64,000 bases of DNA from Thermodesulfobacteriota bacterium (GCA_042573485.1 JBHPCX010000006.1:255-64254); one strand, 5' to 3'; counted from the stretch's first letter, positions 1 to 10,125 are shown. Notes: generated by a model from the sequence alone, not told the origin. Numbers and translations are program-made.

Positions 1-2
1 TC

Positions 3-368
3 AAAGAAACTGAAGGGACAGGTATCATAGCGACATCTGATGATAAAGGAAGGGTCAATATGGCTGTATATTCAAAACCTCATTTTATGAATAACGGGGA
101 AATAGCCTTTATAATGATGGAAAAATTGACCCATCATTACCTGCAGTCAAATGATCACGCGGCGTATCTCTTTAAAGAAGAAGGTAACGGTTACAATGGA
201 AAACGCATGTACCTGACAAAACTCAGGGAAGAAAAGGATACAGAGCTTCTATACAGCATAAGGAGCAAAAAATATCAGTCAGGCGAGGATGACGGAAGAC
301 CCAGGTTCCTTGTATTCTTTAAAATTGATAAAGTTTTACCCCTTATTGGCACTGGCGAAGAAAATTAA
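3..368 (+). CDS. Pyridoxamine 5'-phosphate oxidase family (FMN split-barrel) protein, 5'-truncated by the window edge
   Basis: Frame is open from position 3 (KETEGTGIIATSDDKGRVNMAVYSKPH). The ATSD..G.VN.A.Y..P pattern is typical of the family. Confidence 0.6.
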   Translation, partial: KETEGTGIIATSDDKGRVNMAVYSKPHFMNNGEIAFIMMEKLTHHYLQSNDHAAYLFKEEGNGYNGKRMYLTKLREEKDTELLYSIRSKKYQSGEDDGRPRFLVFFKIDKVLPLIGTGEEN

Positions 369-378
369 TAAACACCCC

Positions 379-1548
379 TCAATTTCTGCTATTGAAATTT
401 TGAACCAGGGATGTTGTTGATGATATGTAAGATCCGATATTAAAAATAAGGTTTTTAAATGTTCTTGATAATGCGTCGTATTCTTCCCTTACTTTTTGTA
501 TGTCTATCATTTCTGTTTTCATATCTCCTGAAGGGATTATTGAGGCAGCCTTGGGCTCATGCCCAAAATCTATAAAAGGGATATGCCCCATAACATCGTT
601 TTCTTCAAGAGATAAAAGGTATTTCTTGTCCTTTGAGTCTTTGGTAACAAGCTGAGCGTTTCCTTCAAGTATTCTGTAGAGATCTTTTTCCATGTTTAGA
701 TTTTGATTCATGGAACCGGAAGAAAATGACCGGTCATGCTCTTTTCCTTCTGAAAGACACAGGTCAGCGGCCCTTTCGTTTAATTTTCTCAATCGCTGAT
801 CGATGCTGAGCAGCAGGTGTCTGAAATCAATAGAGAGTTTTGAATATTCACGGTAAAAGGGCTCCGCGTCAAGGAGACAGAGCCTCACGTCACCTTCGGC
901 AGTAACAGTCGCGTTTCTCTCATATTCACCGTAAAGAAGCGCTCTCAATGTGCCGATAAAACATCCTTCGCCGAGCCTTGCTATTGTCAAAGGACCGTTT
1001 TGAGTATTTTTTGTTACCTTTACTGTCCCTTCATATACCGACCATATCCATTTCCCGTGCATACCTTCCTCTACAATACATTCACCGTCTTTGAAGAAGT
1101 CTTCCCTGACGACATACAGGTAATCTGTCAGTGGACCTTTTAATATTGTTCTGTCATCATCACTATTACTGTCAGGAACAGCAGCAGATGCAGAATCAAG
1201 CGGCCCGATCTTTTTTATTTTACCGTCATCAAGCATCCTGAGGGCATCAAGGACAATTTCCATACGGCTTTTTTTAATTGCATCACCAATGGACCCGACA
1301 TTATCTTCATAAAAAAGATATTCACCCTCGGTCCAGCCGAAGAGGTTATATAATGCTTTTAATCCTTTTAAGGAACCGTGTTCGGCATTAATCGGATTAC
1401 CCTGGGATATATATATTATGCCCGTTTGCGGTGAATACTGTGTTGTCAGTTTTAATACACCAGTGGAATTGTTACCTCCGAGTATCTGGAATATATCCGG
1501 GAGGGTAACAAACTTTAGACTTCCTGAGAGTGCTATTCTATCTTTCAT
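379..1548 (-). CDS. DUF4388 (PATAN-like) plus two cyclic-nucleotide-binding domains
   Basis: N-terminus LSGSLKFVTLPDIFQIL...TGVLKL...GIIYISQGNPINA is DUF4388-like. EEGMHGKWIWSVYEGTVKV...LGEGCFIG...ERNATVTA is a cNMP domain. A second, degenerate cNMP domain lies at the C-terminus. Confidence 0.75.
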   Translation of the reverse strand: MKDRIALSGSLKFVTLPDIFQILGGNNSTGVLKLTTQYSPQTGIIYISQGNPINAEHGSLKGLKALYNLFGWTEGEYLFYEDNVGSIGDAIKKSRMEIVLDALRMLDDGKIKKIGPLDSASAAVPDSNSDDDRTILKGPLTDYLYVVREDFFKDGECIVEEGMHGKWIWSVYEGTVKVTKNTQNGPLTIARLGEGCFIGTLRALLYGEYERNATVTAEGDVRLCLLDAEPFYREYSKLSIDFRHLLLSIDQRLRKLNERAADLCLSEGKEHDRSFSSGSMNQNLNMEKDLYRILEGNAQLVTKDSKDKKYLLSLEENDVMGHIPFIDFGHEPKAASIIPSGDMKTEMIDIQKVREEYDALSRTFKNLIFNIGSYISSTTSLVQNFNSRN

Positions 1549-1565
1549 TTTGTAACCTCCTTTCT

Positions 1566-2171
1566 TTAATTAAGTTGTTTTTTTAAGTTCGCCATTGTCA
1601 ATGAAAGGCATTTTTTTAAACTGTCTGCAACCCCATTTCCTTTTATCGCGCTTGCTTCAAATGACGGGGCTTTCAGTTTCAGGTTCATTTCTTTCTGCAT
1701 GAGTGATACGGGCATTACAGGCATTCCTTCGTCCGCAAGGTCTCTTTTGTTGAACTGAAGTATCAGCGGGATATCGAAGATATTCAAACCCTGTTCTGCC
1801 AGGTTTTCCTGAAGATTCTGCAGTGAAAGTAGGTTCGCCTTTCTTCTTATGTTAAATGAATCCGCGACGAATACTATCCCGTCAACATTCTTTAAAACCA
1901 TCTTTCTTGTGGAATTATATTTTGCCTGGCCCGGGACAGTATATAGCTGGACCTTTACATCAAAACCTTTTATTTTCCCGACACCCATCGGCAGGAAATC
2001 AAAGAACAGGGTCCTGTCGCCTTTGGTCTTTATGGAAACCATTTCGCTTGTCGTGTATTTTTTACCGGCCCTGTATATATACTCCAGGTTTGTAGTCTTC
2101 CCGCCTCTACCGGGTCCGTAGTAAACCAGCTTGCATTCTATAAATCTTTCTCTAATATTTATTAACGCCAT
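1566..2171 (-). CDS. mglA: MglA-family small Ras-like GTPase
   Basis: KLVYYGPGRGGKTTNL, RTLFFDFLP, LYTVPGQ, NKRD and EASA motifs. Confidence 0.9.
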   Translation of the reverse strand: MALINIRERFIECKLVYYGPGRGGKTTNLEYIYRAGKKYTTSEMVSIKTKGDRTLFFDFLPMGVGKIKGFDVKVQLYTVPGQAKYNSTRKMVLKNVDGIVFVADSFNIRRKANLLSLQNLQENLAEQGLNIFDIPLILQFNKRDLADEGMPVMPVSLMQKEMNLKLKAPSFEASAIKGNGVADSLKKCLSLTMANLKKQLN

Positions 2172-2225
2172 TTTTTTAATCCTTTAGTTCTTTTCAAATT
2201 TCTTAATTCCTGTAATCTAAATTAA

Positions 2226-3161
2226 TTACTGCCAATCCTGGGAGGCAGAATAAAATGGATCCTCAAGTAAAAAATCATAGGTATAGCAGTCTTTTAAAGG
2301 GCCGTTCGCTATCCTCGATTTTTTTAAAATTACCGCGCTCGTATAAAAGACAGATTCTCTTGAGAAACACAGCACTTTAGACAGGTTGACCCCCGGTAAA
2401 AGAACATCTGCTAATCTTTTTTGATCTTCATCCAGGACAAAACTAATTTTATTTTCTTCCTGCCGGGTAACCTTCATCTCGGCTTTTTTTATCTTCTTAA
2501 GACCATTTTTCATAAAAAGGCAAATAGAGTAAACCTCCAGGTAATCAGATTGATTATCGTAATAAATTACATTGTTGCCTTCTGTTTCTATCTCTTCACT
2601 GCCTGAAAGCAAACCGGAATTCTCTCCCAGTATCGATGAAAGAAAACCCTTTAGTTCCTCCAGTTCCCGGGACGTAAATCTTCCTTCCGTGCCCCATTCA
2701 TTATATTGAGATACAGCTTTTTCCGGCGAGGAAAGCATCACATGGCACCTCAGGATATTTTTCGCTGAAATCGATGGAAAGCATCCTGCTTCAAACAGGT
2801 TGGTGAACTCATTAAGCGCTCTTCCGTATTGCCCGAATTTCGCCAGGGCAACAGCACTCTCCATTGCCGCCATTTCCCCTTCGTCCGAAAAACTGAAAAG
2901 ATCACCTATTAATTCCTGCGTTTCATAATCGAGCAGCGGTGTGTCCATTTCATCGTCATTTACTGCATCCAAATCGATATTAACGAGATTGATCTTATCT
3001 TTTAAATACCTGTTAAGTGCTTCATCTTTTGAATACTTATCGCTTTTTGCTGCCAGATTCCTTAAAACCAGGTATTTTTCCTTTGCCTGTTCCAGCAGTC
3101 CCTGGCTGTGATATATTTCCGCTTCTTTTTTTAGGGCCATAATCTGTTTTTCTTCAGTCAT
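2226..3161 (-). CDS. Hypothetical protein with TPR-like helical N-terminus and possible PilZ-like C-terminal barrel
   Basis: 311-aa ORF with TPR-like motifs (EAEIYHSQGLLEQAKEKY; AVALAKFGQYGRALNEF) and a beta-rich C-terminus. First gene of the mglA operon. Confidence 0.5.
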   Translation of the reverse strand: MTEEKQIMALKKEAEIYHSQGLLEQAKEKYLVLRNLAAKSDKYSKDEALNRYLKDKINLVNIDLDAVNDDEMDTPLLDYETQELIGDLFSFSDEGEMAAMESAVALAKFGQYGRALNEFTNLFEAGCFPSISAKNILRCHVMLSSPEKAVSQYNEWGTEGRFTSRELEELKGFLSSILGENSGLLSGSEEIETEGNNVIYYDNQSDYLEVYSICLFMKNGLKKIKKAEMKVTRQEENKISFVLDEDQKRLADVLLPGVNLSKVLCFSRESVFYTSAVILKKSRIANGPLKDCYTYDFLLEDPFYSASQDWQ

Positions 3162-3238
3162 GGTCTTGCCTCTCTGTTATTCAATTTTAAAAATGTGCAT
3201 GAAAACCTTTAAAAGCCCTGCTCTTGATAACTATATAT

Positions 3239-3254
3239 AGCAAAAAGGATGCCT
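3239..3254 (-). promoter_or_regulatory. Sigma-54 (-24/-12) promoter of the TPR-mglA-DUF4388 operon
   Basis: Minus strand reads AGGCATCCTTTTTGCT: GG-N10-GC, close to TGGCAC-N5-TTGC, ~80 bp upstream of the ATG at 3161. Confidence 0.65.
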
Positions 3255-3552
3255 AAAATTGAAATATCCATATATTAGCTATAATATCAGTTAGATAGGT
3301 GAGAAGGGTGAAAAAAGAGGAATGCTGAATGTGCATTTAATAATACAGTGCGTATATGTGTTTGCACTAAAAGATAACAGGTGGGGTTCAGTTAAGTTGT
3401 CCAATATATTAAAATAGTGTATTAACATTTAAGACGGGATATCCGGGTAAAAAAGCAGCTTAGTTTTATATGGTTTTATAATTTACAGAAAGGATTTACC
3501 GGCATTCATCCTGAGAACATTTAAAATGAAATTATTAATAAAAGGAGATTAT

Positions 3553-5163
3553 ATGAAACGGCTGGTGATGCTTTATTCTGTTTTGCTACTTTGTCTTTTC
3601 TGCTTTTCTTCATTTACCTATGCAAAAACAGTTACAGGGATTGTCTATAATGACAAAAACAAAAACGGGAACCTTGACAGGTATGAAAAAGGAATAAGGA
3701 GTGTTGCCGTAAGCAATGGAAGTACCGTTACACTAACAGACAGAAAAGGCAGATACAGCCTGGAGTTAAAAGACGGTGATACACTTTTTATATCAAAACC
3801 ATCAGGATATTTTCTCCCGCTGGATCAAAACAACCTGCCGCAGTTTTATTTCAACTACGCGCCCGGGGGTACACCCGATGATATAAAGCTGCGTTATCCC
3901 GGTTTAAAACCTTCGGGAGAGATAGAAGGCGATCTGAATTTTCCTCTCTACAGGCAGAAAGAGCCGGATAGATATGACGTTATCCTGATTTCAGACCCGC
4001 AGACAACAACAAATGAGGAACTGGATTATTTTCGCGACAGGGTAGTTGCCGAACTGGCAGGAAGGAAGGCCGCGTTCGGCATTACTACGGGGGATATTAT
4101 GAATGATGATCTGTCATTATTTCCCCGGTATAGTGGCATTATCGGGCAGCTTGGAATCCCCTGGTTCAATGTGCCGGGAAATCATGATATTAATTACCTT
4201 GCCGCTGATGACTCCCGTTCCCTTGATACATTCCGGAGGCATTTCGGACCGGCCTACTACTCATTCAACTGGGGAAAGGTCCACTATGTAATCCTGGATA
4301 CAATACTTTACAAGGGCACTGATCCTGAAAAAAGAAACGGTTCGGGAGGATATATTACAAAACTGGATGAAAAACAGCTTAGATGGCTGAAGGCGGACCT
4401 GTCCTATGTCAAAAAGAATAAACTGATTTTCCTGGCAATGCATGCTCCTATAAAATCAGCCGGATCGGATATGCCTGAGCTCAACATGGTTAATCCCGAT
4501 GAACTCTTTGAGGCCCTTTCAGGTTTTGACAGGGTGTTTTCTATAGCAGGCCACCTGCACGGAACCCAGCATATCTACTTTGATGCTGATGACGGGTATA
4601 AAGGAAAAAATCCGCTGCACCATCATGTTATAACAACCGCCTCGGGCACCTGGTGGAGCGGTGCAAAGGATGTAGACGGCATTCCCCACAGCCTGCAGCC
4701 CGATGGAACCCCGAAAGGATATCACATCATGAGTGTGAGGGGAAATAAGTGCACACTGAAGTACAAAGCCGCGGGCAAATCGGATGACTACCAGATGAGA
4801 ATTACACTTGAGGAAACGCCTAATAAAGAGCTGGTTTCAAGTGTGCCATTATCCCGGATTGACAGAATAAGAATATTTGTAAATCTTTTTGACGGGGGAG
4901 AGAAATCGGTTGTTTCCTTAAAAATTGATGATGGTAAACCTTATTTTTTAAAAAATGAAATGAGGGTCGATACTTTTGCTTTTAATATCTATCTGGACGC
5001 GAATACATTTATAAGCGGCAGGGAGATTATCTCTCCTCATATCTGGATCGGATCATTGGAAGGAGAGATTAAACTCGGAATACATACGATTACAGTAAAG
5101 GCCAGGGATGAATATGGCCAGGAGCATACAGGCAGAAAGATATTTGAGGTAGTAACAGATTGA
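3553..5163 (+). CDS. Exported calcineurin-like metallophosphoesterase
   Basis: AAGGAG RBS, signal peptide, VSNG...TDRKGRY N-terminal domain, and the motifs SDPQ, GDI, GNHD, AGHLH. Confidence 0.85.
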   Translation: MKRLVMLYSVLLLCLFCFSSFTYAKTVTGIVYNDKNKNGNLDRYEKGIRSVAVSNGSTVTLTDRKGRYSLELKDGDTLFISKPSGYFLPLDQNNLPQFYFNYAPGGTPDDIKLRYPGLKPSGEIEGDLNFPLYRQKEPDRYDVILISDPQTTTNEELDYFRDRVVAELAGRKAAFGITTGDIMNDDLSLFPRYSGIIGQLGIPWFNVPGNHDINYLAADDSRSLDTFRRHFGPAYYSFNWGKVHYVILDTILYKGTDPEKRNGSGGYITKLDEKQLRWLKADLSYVKKNKLIFLAMHAPIKSAGSDMPELNMVNPDELFEALSGFDRVFSIAGHLHGTQHIYFDADDGYKGKNPLHHHVITTASGTWWSGAKDVDGIPHSLQPDGTPKGYHIMSVRGNKCTLKYKAAGKSDDYQMRITLEETPNKELVSSVPLSRIDRIRIFVNLFDGGEKSVVSLKIDDGKPYFLKNEMRVDTFAFNIYLDANTFISGREIISPHIWIGSLEGEIKLGIHTITVKARDEYGQEHTGRKIFEVVTD

Positions 5164-5222
5164 TTGGAAAGGAATATGTTAGATAGATATCCACACAAAA
5201 GCAGTATTTCTTGTCGATGGGT

Positions 5223-5687
5223 TTATCGTTCAATATAAATAATTTCCGGGTGCAGGTCATTTTTGTCTACTACTATTTTCCCTGCTGAAACCGGCTTGGG
5301 GTATTTCCTGGGGCCGGAACTTCCCGGATTCATGTAAAGTACCGTTTCCTTTTCAAGTATTTCAGGCATATGGGTATGTCCGTAGATAACCGCGTCGATA
5401 CCGGCGGAGGAGGGATCCAGGTCTATATTATCGAGTATATGGGTTATATAGAAATATTTTCCCGCGATTTCCACAAGATCATTAAAAGGCAGTTTCTTTG
5501 CCCAGGGTTCCCAGTCAACATTTCCTTTCACCGCGTGGGTTGGAGCGATTGAAATAAGTTTTTTATACAGATCCTCTGTTTCGATGTCACCAGCATGAAT
5601 GATAGCGTCGCATGTTTCAAGAAACTGTTCTATCTCCGGCCTGAGAAGACCGTGAGAATCGGAAATAACACCTATAGTAAAAGTCAT
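5223..5687 (-). CDS. YfcE/MJ0936-family metallophosphoesterase
   Basis: ISDSHG, HAGD, GNVD, GHTH and NPGS motifs. Confidence 0.9.
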   Translation of the reverse strand: MTFTIGVISDSHGLLRPEIEQFLETCDAIIHAGDIETEDLYKKLISIAPTHAVKGNVDWEPWAKKLPFNDLVEIAGKYFYITHILDNIDLDPSSAGIDAVIYGHTHMPEILEKETVLYMNPGSSGPRKYPKPVSAGKIVVDKNDLHPEIIYIER

Positions 5688-5740
5688 GTAATAATCTCTG
5701 TTAAGATTGGCACACTATACCAATTTTGAGGGTCAGCATT

Positions 5741-5768
5741 GTAAGGGCACGATGCATCGTGCCCCTAC
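5741..5768 (-). repeat. GTAG-type REP palindrome, identical to the copy at 10052-10079
   Basis: Reverse complement is GTAGGGGCACGATGCATCGTGCCCTTAC. Confidence 0.85.
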
Positions 5769-5839
5769 CTTAGGTAACTGGTTTTAATTAAACCAATAAA
5801 GATTTCTCCCATAGGTCGAAATTTCGACAGGAGAGAAAA

Positions 5840-5925
5840 GTAGGGTCGGGATTTATTCCTGACCGTTCTACATCGGCAAATAACTCAACATTATAAAATA
5901 GGTGGTGTATAAAACACCACCCTAC
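5840..5925. repeat. REPIN-like doublet of two inverted GTAG REPs
   Basis: GTAGGGTCGGGATTTATTCCTGACC ... GGTGGTGTATAAAACACCACCCTAC. Homologous inverted copy at 28157-28274. Confidence 0.8.
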
Positions 5926-6204
5926 TTAATATTTTTCAGCTATCATCTCAAAATGACTAGCTACTCCAAATTGTTATCAATACAATAACATTCATACACT
6001 TCTACTATATTTAGTCAACGGTAAAAGTCGGTTATTATTTGCCCTGCGCCCTGCGCCCTGGGCCCTGAGCCATCAGGTAAAACTTACTACGATCAAAATA
6101 CAAATGCAGGTTTTAAAATCCCTGATTTTATTGAATTTGATACATGTCCTTTACTTATTTTTGATATGACACTAGAATAAAAGAATTTTAAGGGAGGTTT
6201 GTAA

Positions 6205-6636
6205 ATGGATGAAACGAAGTATGGCAAGTATATAGTAAGTGACCTGAAAATGCCTGAATCAAAACAGAAAATTGAAGCAGATTATAACAAATACGCGAAA
6301 CGCGTCCTCTGGCTTGATGACCAGGTCGTCGAAGGCGCATTCCACATGAACACGGCATGGTATCTTAATGAAGCTGAAACCCTGGAGGATGTACCCCATG
6401 TTCATGGTGCTGATGAGATTATAGGATTTTTCGGTAATAACCCGGATAATCCCTATGATCTCGGGGGTGAAATAGAAATATGGCTGGAAGATGAGAAGCA
6501 TATTATAACAAAGACATCCATGCTTTTTGTGCCCGCGGGAATGAATCACTGCCCATTGATATTAAAGCGGGTTGACAGGCCTATATTCCATTTTACAGTT
6601 GTCCCCGGGGGGCAATATATAAAGGATGAAAAATAA
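6205..6636 (+). CDS. Cupin-fold protein
   Basis: PHVH..DEIIGFFG, GGEIEIWL and FVPAGMNHCPL cupin metal-binding motifs; GGAGG RBS. Confidence 0.7.
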   Translation: MDETKYGKYIVSDLKMPESKQKIEADYNKYAKRVLWLDDQVVEGAFHMNTAWYLNEAETLEDVPHVHGADEIIGFFGNNPDNPYDLGGEIEIWLEDEKHIITKTSMLFVPAGMNHCPLILKRVDRPIFHFTVVPGGQYIKDEK

Positions 6637-6656
6637 ATAGTAATGGAGGATCATTC

Positions 6657-7355
6657 ATGAATAAAGACTGGCGAAAGAGTCTTAAGCTGTTTTTTCAGGG
6701 CTGGATCTTTTCCCTGTTTGTCGCAGTCTTAATAGCAACATCCATTAAATCAGCAATCGCTGAATGGAATACTGTCCCTACAGGCTCCATGAAGCCTACC
6801 ATTGTTGAAGGTGACAGGATATATGTAAATAAACTGGCCTATGATCTTAAAATCCCCTATACAACTTTTCACATAGCTGAATGGGGAAATCCGCTCAGGG
6901 GTGAAATCGTTGTTTTCTATTCACCGGAGGACGGAGAGAGGCTGGTAAAGAGGGTTGTCGGTCTGCCGGGAGATATTGTCGCCATGAAAGACTCACGGCT
7001 TTATATAAATGGTGCCGAGTTAAAATATGAACAACCCGGCCGGGACAGGTTAGAAAAGTTTTTAATAGATGACGAATACACGCAGATAACAATTATCGAA
7101 AACCTTGATGGAAAGGAACACCCTGTCATGATCATATCCCACAGCCGGGACTCGAGTTCATTCGGCCCCATAACTGTACCCGAGGGAAAATATTTCATGA
7201 TGGGTGACAATAGGTATGACAGCCATGACTCCAGGTATTTTGGATTTGTTGAAAGGGACAGTATTATTGGTAAGGCAACAGCAGTAGTCATTTCACTCGA
7301 TATCAATAATATGTATAAACCCCGCTTTGAACGGTTTTTTACAAACCTGCCATAG
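6657..7355 (+). CDS. lepB: Signal peptidase I
   Basis: VPTGSMKPT (catalytic Ser), LVKRVVGLPGD (catalytic Lys), MMGDNRYDSHDSRYFG. Confidence 0.93.
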   Translation: MNKDWRKSLKLFFQGWIFSLFVAVLIATSIKSAIAEWNTVPTGSMKPTIVEGDRIYVNKLAYDLKIPYTTFHIAEWGNPLRGEIVVFYSPEDGERLVKRVVGLPGDIVAMKDSRLYINGAELKYEQPGRDRLEKFLIDDEYTQITIIENLDGKEHPVMIISHSRDSSSFGPITVPEGKYFMMGDNRYDSHDSRYFGFVERDSIIGKATAVVISLDINNMYKPRFERFFTNLP

Positions 7356-7371
7356 AGGTGAAATTTGGAAT

Positions 7372-7641
7372 ATGCCGGAAAGATCTATTGATAATCCAGC
7401 GAAAATCAACCTTACGGAAGATCGAAGAGATGGCCTTCTTAGATCCTTCATAGCCTTTTATAAGACTGAATTCGATGAGGAACTGAGCCAGTTTCGGGCT
7501 GAACAGATTTTTGATTTTTTCATAAAAGCCCTGGGGCCCGCCGTTTATAACCAGGCAGTTCAGGACGCGAGGGCTTTTATGATGGAAAAGCTGGAAGACC
7601 TTGACGCTGATTTTTATTTTGATGATTCAAATGACGTATAG
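7372..7641 (+). CDS. DUF2164 family protein
   Basis: EFDEELSQFRAEQIFDFFIKALGPAVYNQAVQDA pattern; GAGG RBS before ATG 7372. Confidence 0.8.
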   Translation: MPERSIDNPAKINLTEDRRDGLLRSFIAFYKTEFDEELSQFRAEQIFDFFIKALGPAVYNQAVQDARAFMMEKLEDLDADFYFDDSNDV

Positions 7642-7718
7642 CTTTGTTCGCCTTCGCCTGAATACCCTACAACTTGCTGCGGGGAGCTTCATTATTAAAC
7701 CTCTTATCAGGAACAAAT

Positions 7719-9185
7719 ATGGCTGAATATGATTTTGATATCGGGGTAATAGGAGGGGGCGCCGCGGGGCTGACAGTATCAGCCGGGTCATCCCAGTTCG
7801 GAGCAAAAACTCTTCTTGTTGAAAAGGAAAAAATCCTTGGCGGTGACTGCCTGCATTACGGGTGCGTCCCCAGTAAAACACTCATAAAATCAGCAAAAGT
7901 CTACCACCTGCTCAAAAACACGCTTAAGTACGGCTTGCCGGAGATTAAAGTGCCGCCGGTCGAATACAGTAAAATTGGTGAAAGAATAAAAAGCGTTATC
8001 GATACTATTCAAAAACATGACTCCGAGGATAGGTTCTGTTCCCTTGGCGTCCAGGTAGTCTACGGTCTTCCGTCATTTCTGGATTCCCATACCATTGAAC
8101 TCGAAGGAAAAAGATATAGCGCTAAAAAATGGGTAATAGCCACCGGATCATCTCCCGCTATACCGAAGCTGAATGGCCTTGAAACCATACCATTTATCAC
8201 CAACAAGGAAATTTATTCACTGAGTGAATTGCCGGAAGAAATTATAATTCTCGGTGCCGGACCAATTGCCGTGGAGATGGCCCAGGCCTTCTGCCGCCTG
8301 GGAAGTAAGGTCATTGTTATTCAAAGGAGCGGTCAGATATTAAGTAAAGAAGATAAAGATATGGCAGATACCGTTATGGATATCCTTGCCTCGGAAGGAG
8401 TTGAGTTTTATCTGAATTCTTCTGTTCTAAATGTAAACAGGATAGGTAATGAGGTTGAGATAACTATAAAGAATAAGGATGGTGAAGAAAGTAAACTAAA
8501 GGCGGAAAAACTTCTTGTAGCTATGGGAAGGTCTCCCAACCTTGATGGACTTAAACTGGAAAAAGCCGGAGTTGAGTATGATAAAAAAGGAGTAAAAGTA
8601 GACAGCCGTTTGAGGACTTCCCGGAAGCATATTTACGCGGCAGGTGACGTTACAGGAAAATACCAGTTCACCCATGCTGCCGGCTATGAGGGCAGTATTG
8701 TCATAAGTAACGCGATTTTCCATCTTCCAAGAAAAACCGATTACGCCTTTCTACCCTGGTGCACATACACTGACCCTGAACTGGCCAGTATAGGCTTAAA
8801 TGAAAAACGGGCGGGTGACGCCGGTATTAAATACAGTGTATGGACGGAAGAATTTAAAAATAATGACAGGAGTCTTGCCGAGGGAGAAGAATCGGGCAGG
8901 ATCAAGATGATTCTCGATGAGAAGGAAAAACCAATCGGTGTACAAATTCTGGGTCAAAACGGTGGTGATCTAATAGGAGAATGGGTGGCGGTATTAAACA
9001 GTAAAATGAAGCTTATGAACCTCGGTTCAGCAGTACACCCATACCCTACACTGGTAGAGATCAATAAACGTGTCGCGGGAAATTTTCTTTCAACCAAATT
9101 GTTTTCTAAAAAAGTTCAAAAGGGGTTAAAATTCATCTTTCACCTCAAGGGAAGGGCCTGCGAACCCGGGGGTGAATATAGATGA
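7719..9185 (+). CDS. Dihydrolipoamide dehydrogenase/mercuric-reductase-like flavoprotein disulfide reductase
   Basis: GGGAAG, GGDCLHYGCVPSK redox disulfide, ATGS, AAGD, HPYPT. No NmerA domain and no C-terminal Cys-Cys pair. Confidence 0.88.
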   Translation: MAEYDFDIGVIGGGAAGLTVSAGSSQFGAKTLLVEKEKILGGDCLHYGCVPSKTLIKSAKVYHLLKNTLKYGLPEIKVPPVEYSKIGERIKSVIDTIQKHDSEDRFCSLGVQVVYGLPSFLDSHTIELEGKRYSAKKWVIATGSSPAIPKLNGLETIPFITNKEIYSLSELPEEIIILGAGPIAVEMAQAFCRLGSKVIVIQRSGQILSKEDKDMADTVMDILASEGVEFYLNSSVLNVNRIGNEVEITIKNKDGEESKLKAEKLLVAMGRSPNLDGLKLEKAGVEYDKKGVKVDSRLRTSRKHIYAAGDVTGKYQFTHAAGYEGSIVISNAIFHLPRKTDYAFLPWCTYTDPELASIGLNEKRAGDAGIKYSVWTEEFKNNDRSLAEGEESGRIKMILDEKEKPIGVQILGQNGGDLIGEWVAVLNSKMKLMNLGSAVHPYPTLVEINKRVAGNFLSTKLFSKKVQKGLKFIFHLKGRACEPGGEYR

Positions 9186-9886
9186 TCGGGGAGAAACCTC
9201 CCATGTCAGGTGAATCAAACAGAAAAAGAGCTGCCTTAAAGGCCTTTATTTTTCTCCTTTTCATTATTGCATCTATTACTGTTATTAAGTTTTCACCTTT
9301 AAAAGAATACATTACAATAGATTTCCTCAGTGATTGTATTGACAGGGCGGGTATCTGGGCGCCTGTGGTGTATATTCTTGTATATTCCATCGGTGTATGC
9401 CTTTTTCTGCCTGGAACTCTCCTGACTTTAATAGGCGCGGCAATATTCGGACCCTATTACGGATTCCTGTATGTATGGATCGGCGCGATGCTTGGTGCGA
9501 CAGGAGCTTTTTTTATCGGCAGGACTCTGGGCAGAGAATTCGCGGCTTCAATGATTGGTGATAAATTACAGAAATATGATGACGCCATCGAGCGAAACGG
9601 GTTCGCGGCAGTATTATACCTGAGACTCGTATATTTCCCTTTTACACCCATGAATTTTGGAATGGGACTTACCAGGGTAAGGTTCCTTGATTATTTTTTT
9701 GGTACAGGGATCGGCATTATTGTCGGAACATTCGTTTTCACATTTTTTTTCGGCTCTTTAAAGGAAGTATGGGCATCAGGTGACTGGAGTCAGATAATAT
9801 CTCTGAAGGTATTCGGCGCGCTTTCCCTGTTTATTTTTTCTTTCTTTATCCCGAAAATAGTGAAGAAAATCAGGAAAGAGGATTAA
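9182..9886 (+). CDS. TVP38/TMEM64 (DedA/SNARE-associated) membrane protein
   Basis: LPGTLLTLIGAAIFG, FFIGRTLGR, LRLVYFPF..MNFGMGLT. ATGA overlap with the upstream gene. Confidence 0.88.
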   Translation: MIGEKPPMSGESNRKRAALKAFIFLLFIIASITVIKFSPLKEYITIDFLSDCIDRAGIWAPVVYILVYSIGVCLFLPGTLLTLIGAAIFGPYYGFLYVWIGAMLGATGAFFIGRTLGREFAASMIGDKLQKYDDAIERNGFAAVLYLRLVYFPFTPMNFGMGLTRVRFLDYFFGTGIGIIVGTFVFTFFFGSLKEVWASGDWSQIISLKVFGALSLFIFSFFIPKIVKKIRKED

Positions 9887-10051
9887 AAGGATAGAGGACA
9901 GAAATCAGAGGAGTCTTTAACTTCAGGCTGAAGGCTATTAGGCTGCCGCCTTTGCTTAGAGCTTCGGTGTGCCAGGGAAGGCTGTTAGGAAAAGCTTGAA
10001 GAATATATTAGAACTAAAATTGTTTCTTAATGTCATTTCGAGGTAATCTCT

Positions 10052-10079
10052 GTAGGGGCACGATGCATCGTGCCCTTAC
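10052..10079 (+). repeat. GTAG-type REP palindrome
   Basis: GTAGGGGCACGATGCATCGTGCCCTTAC. Confidence 0.85.
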
Positions 10080-10125
10080 GCTTGCTGAATGGTTTATTAT
10101 AGGTTTAAATAGGAGCATAATTGCT

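Noticed and set aside
7719-9185. Mercuric reductase MerA
   Set aside because: No C-terminal Cys-Cys pair, no NmerA domain and no mer operon genes.
10030-10125. N-terminal extension of glucokinase in the ORF track
   Set aside because: It runs through a REP palindrome, and an RBS supports the start at 10126. Similar over-extended starts were trimmed for other genes.
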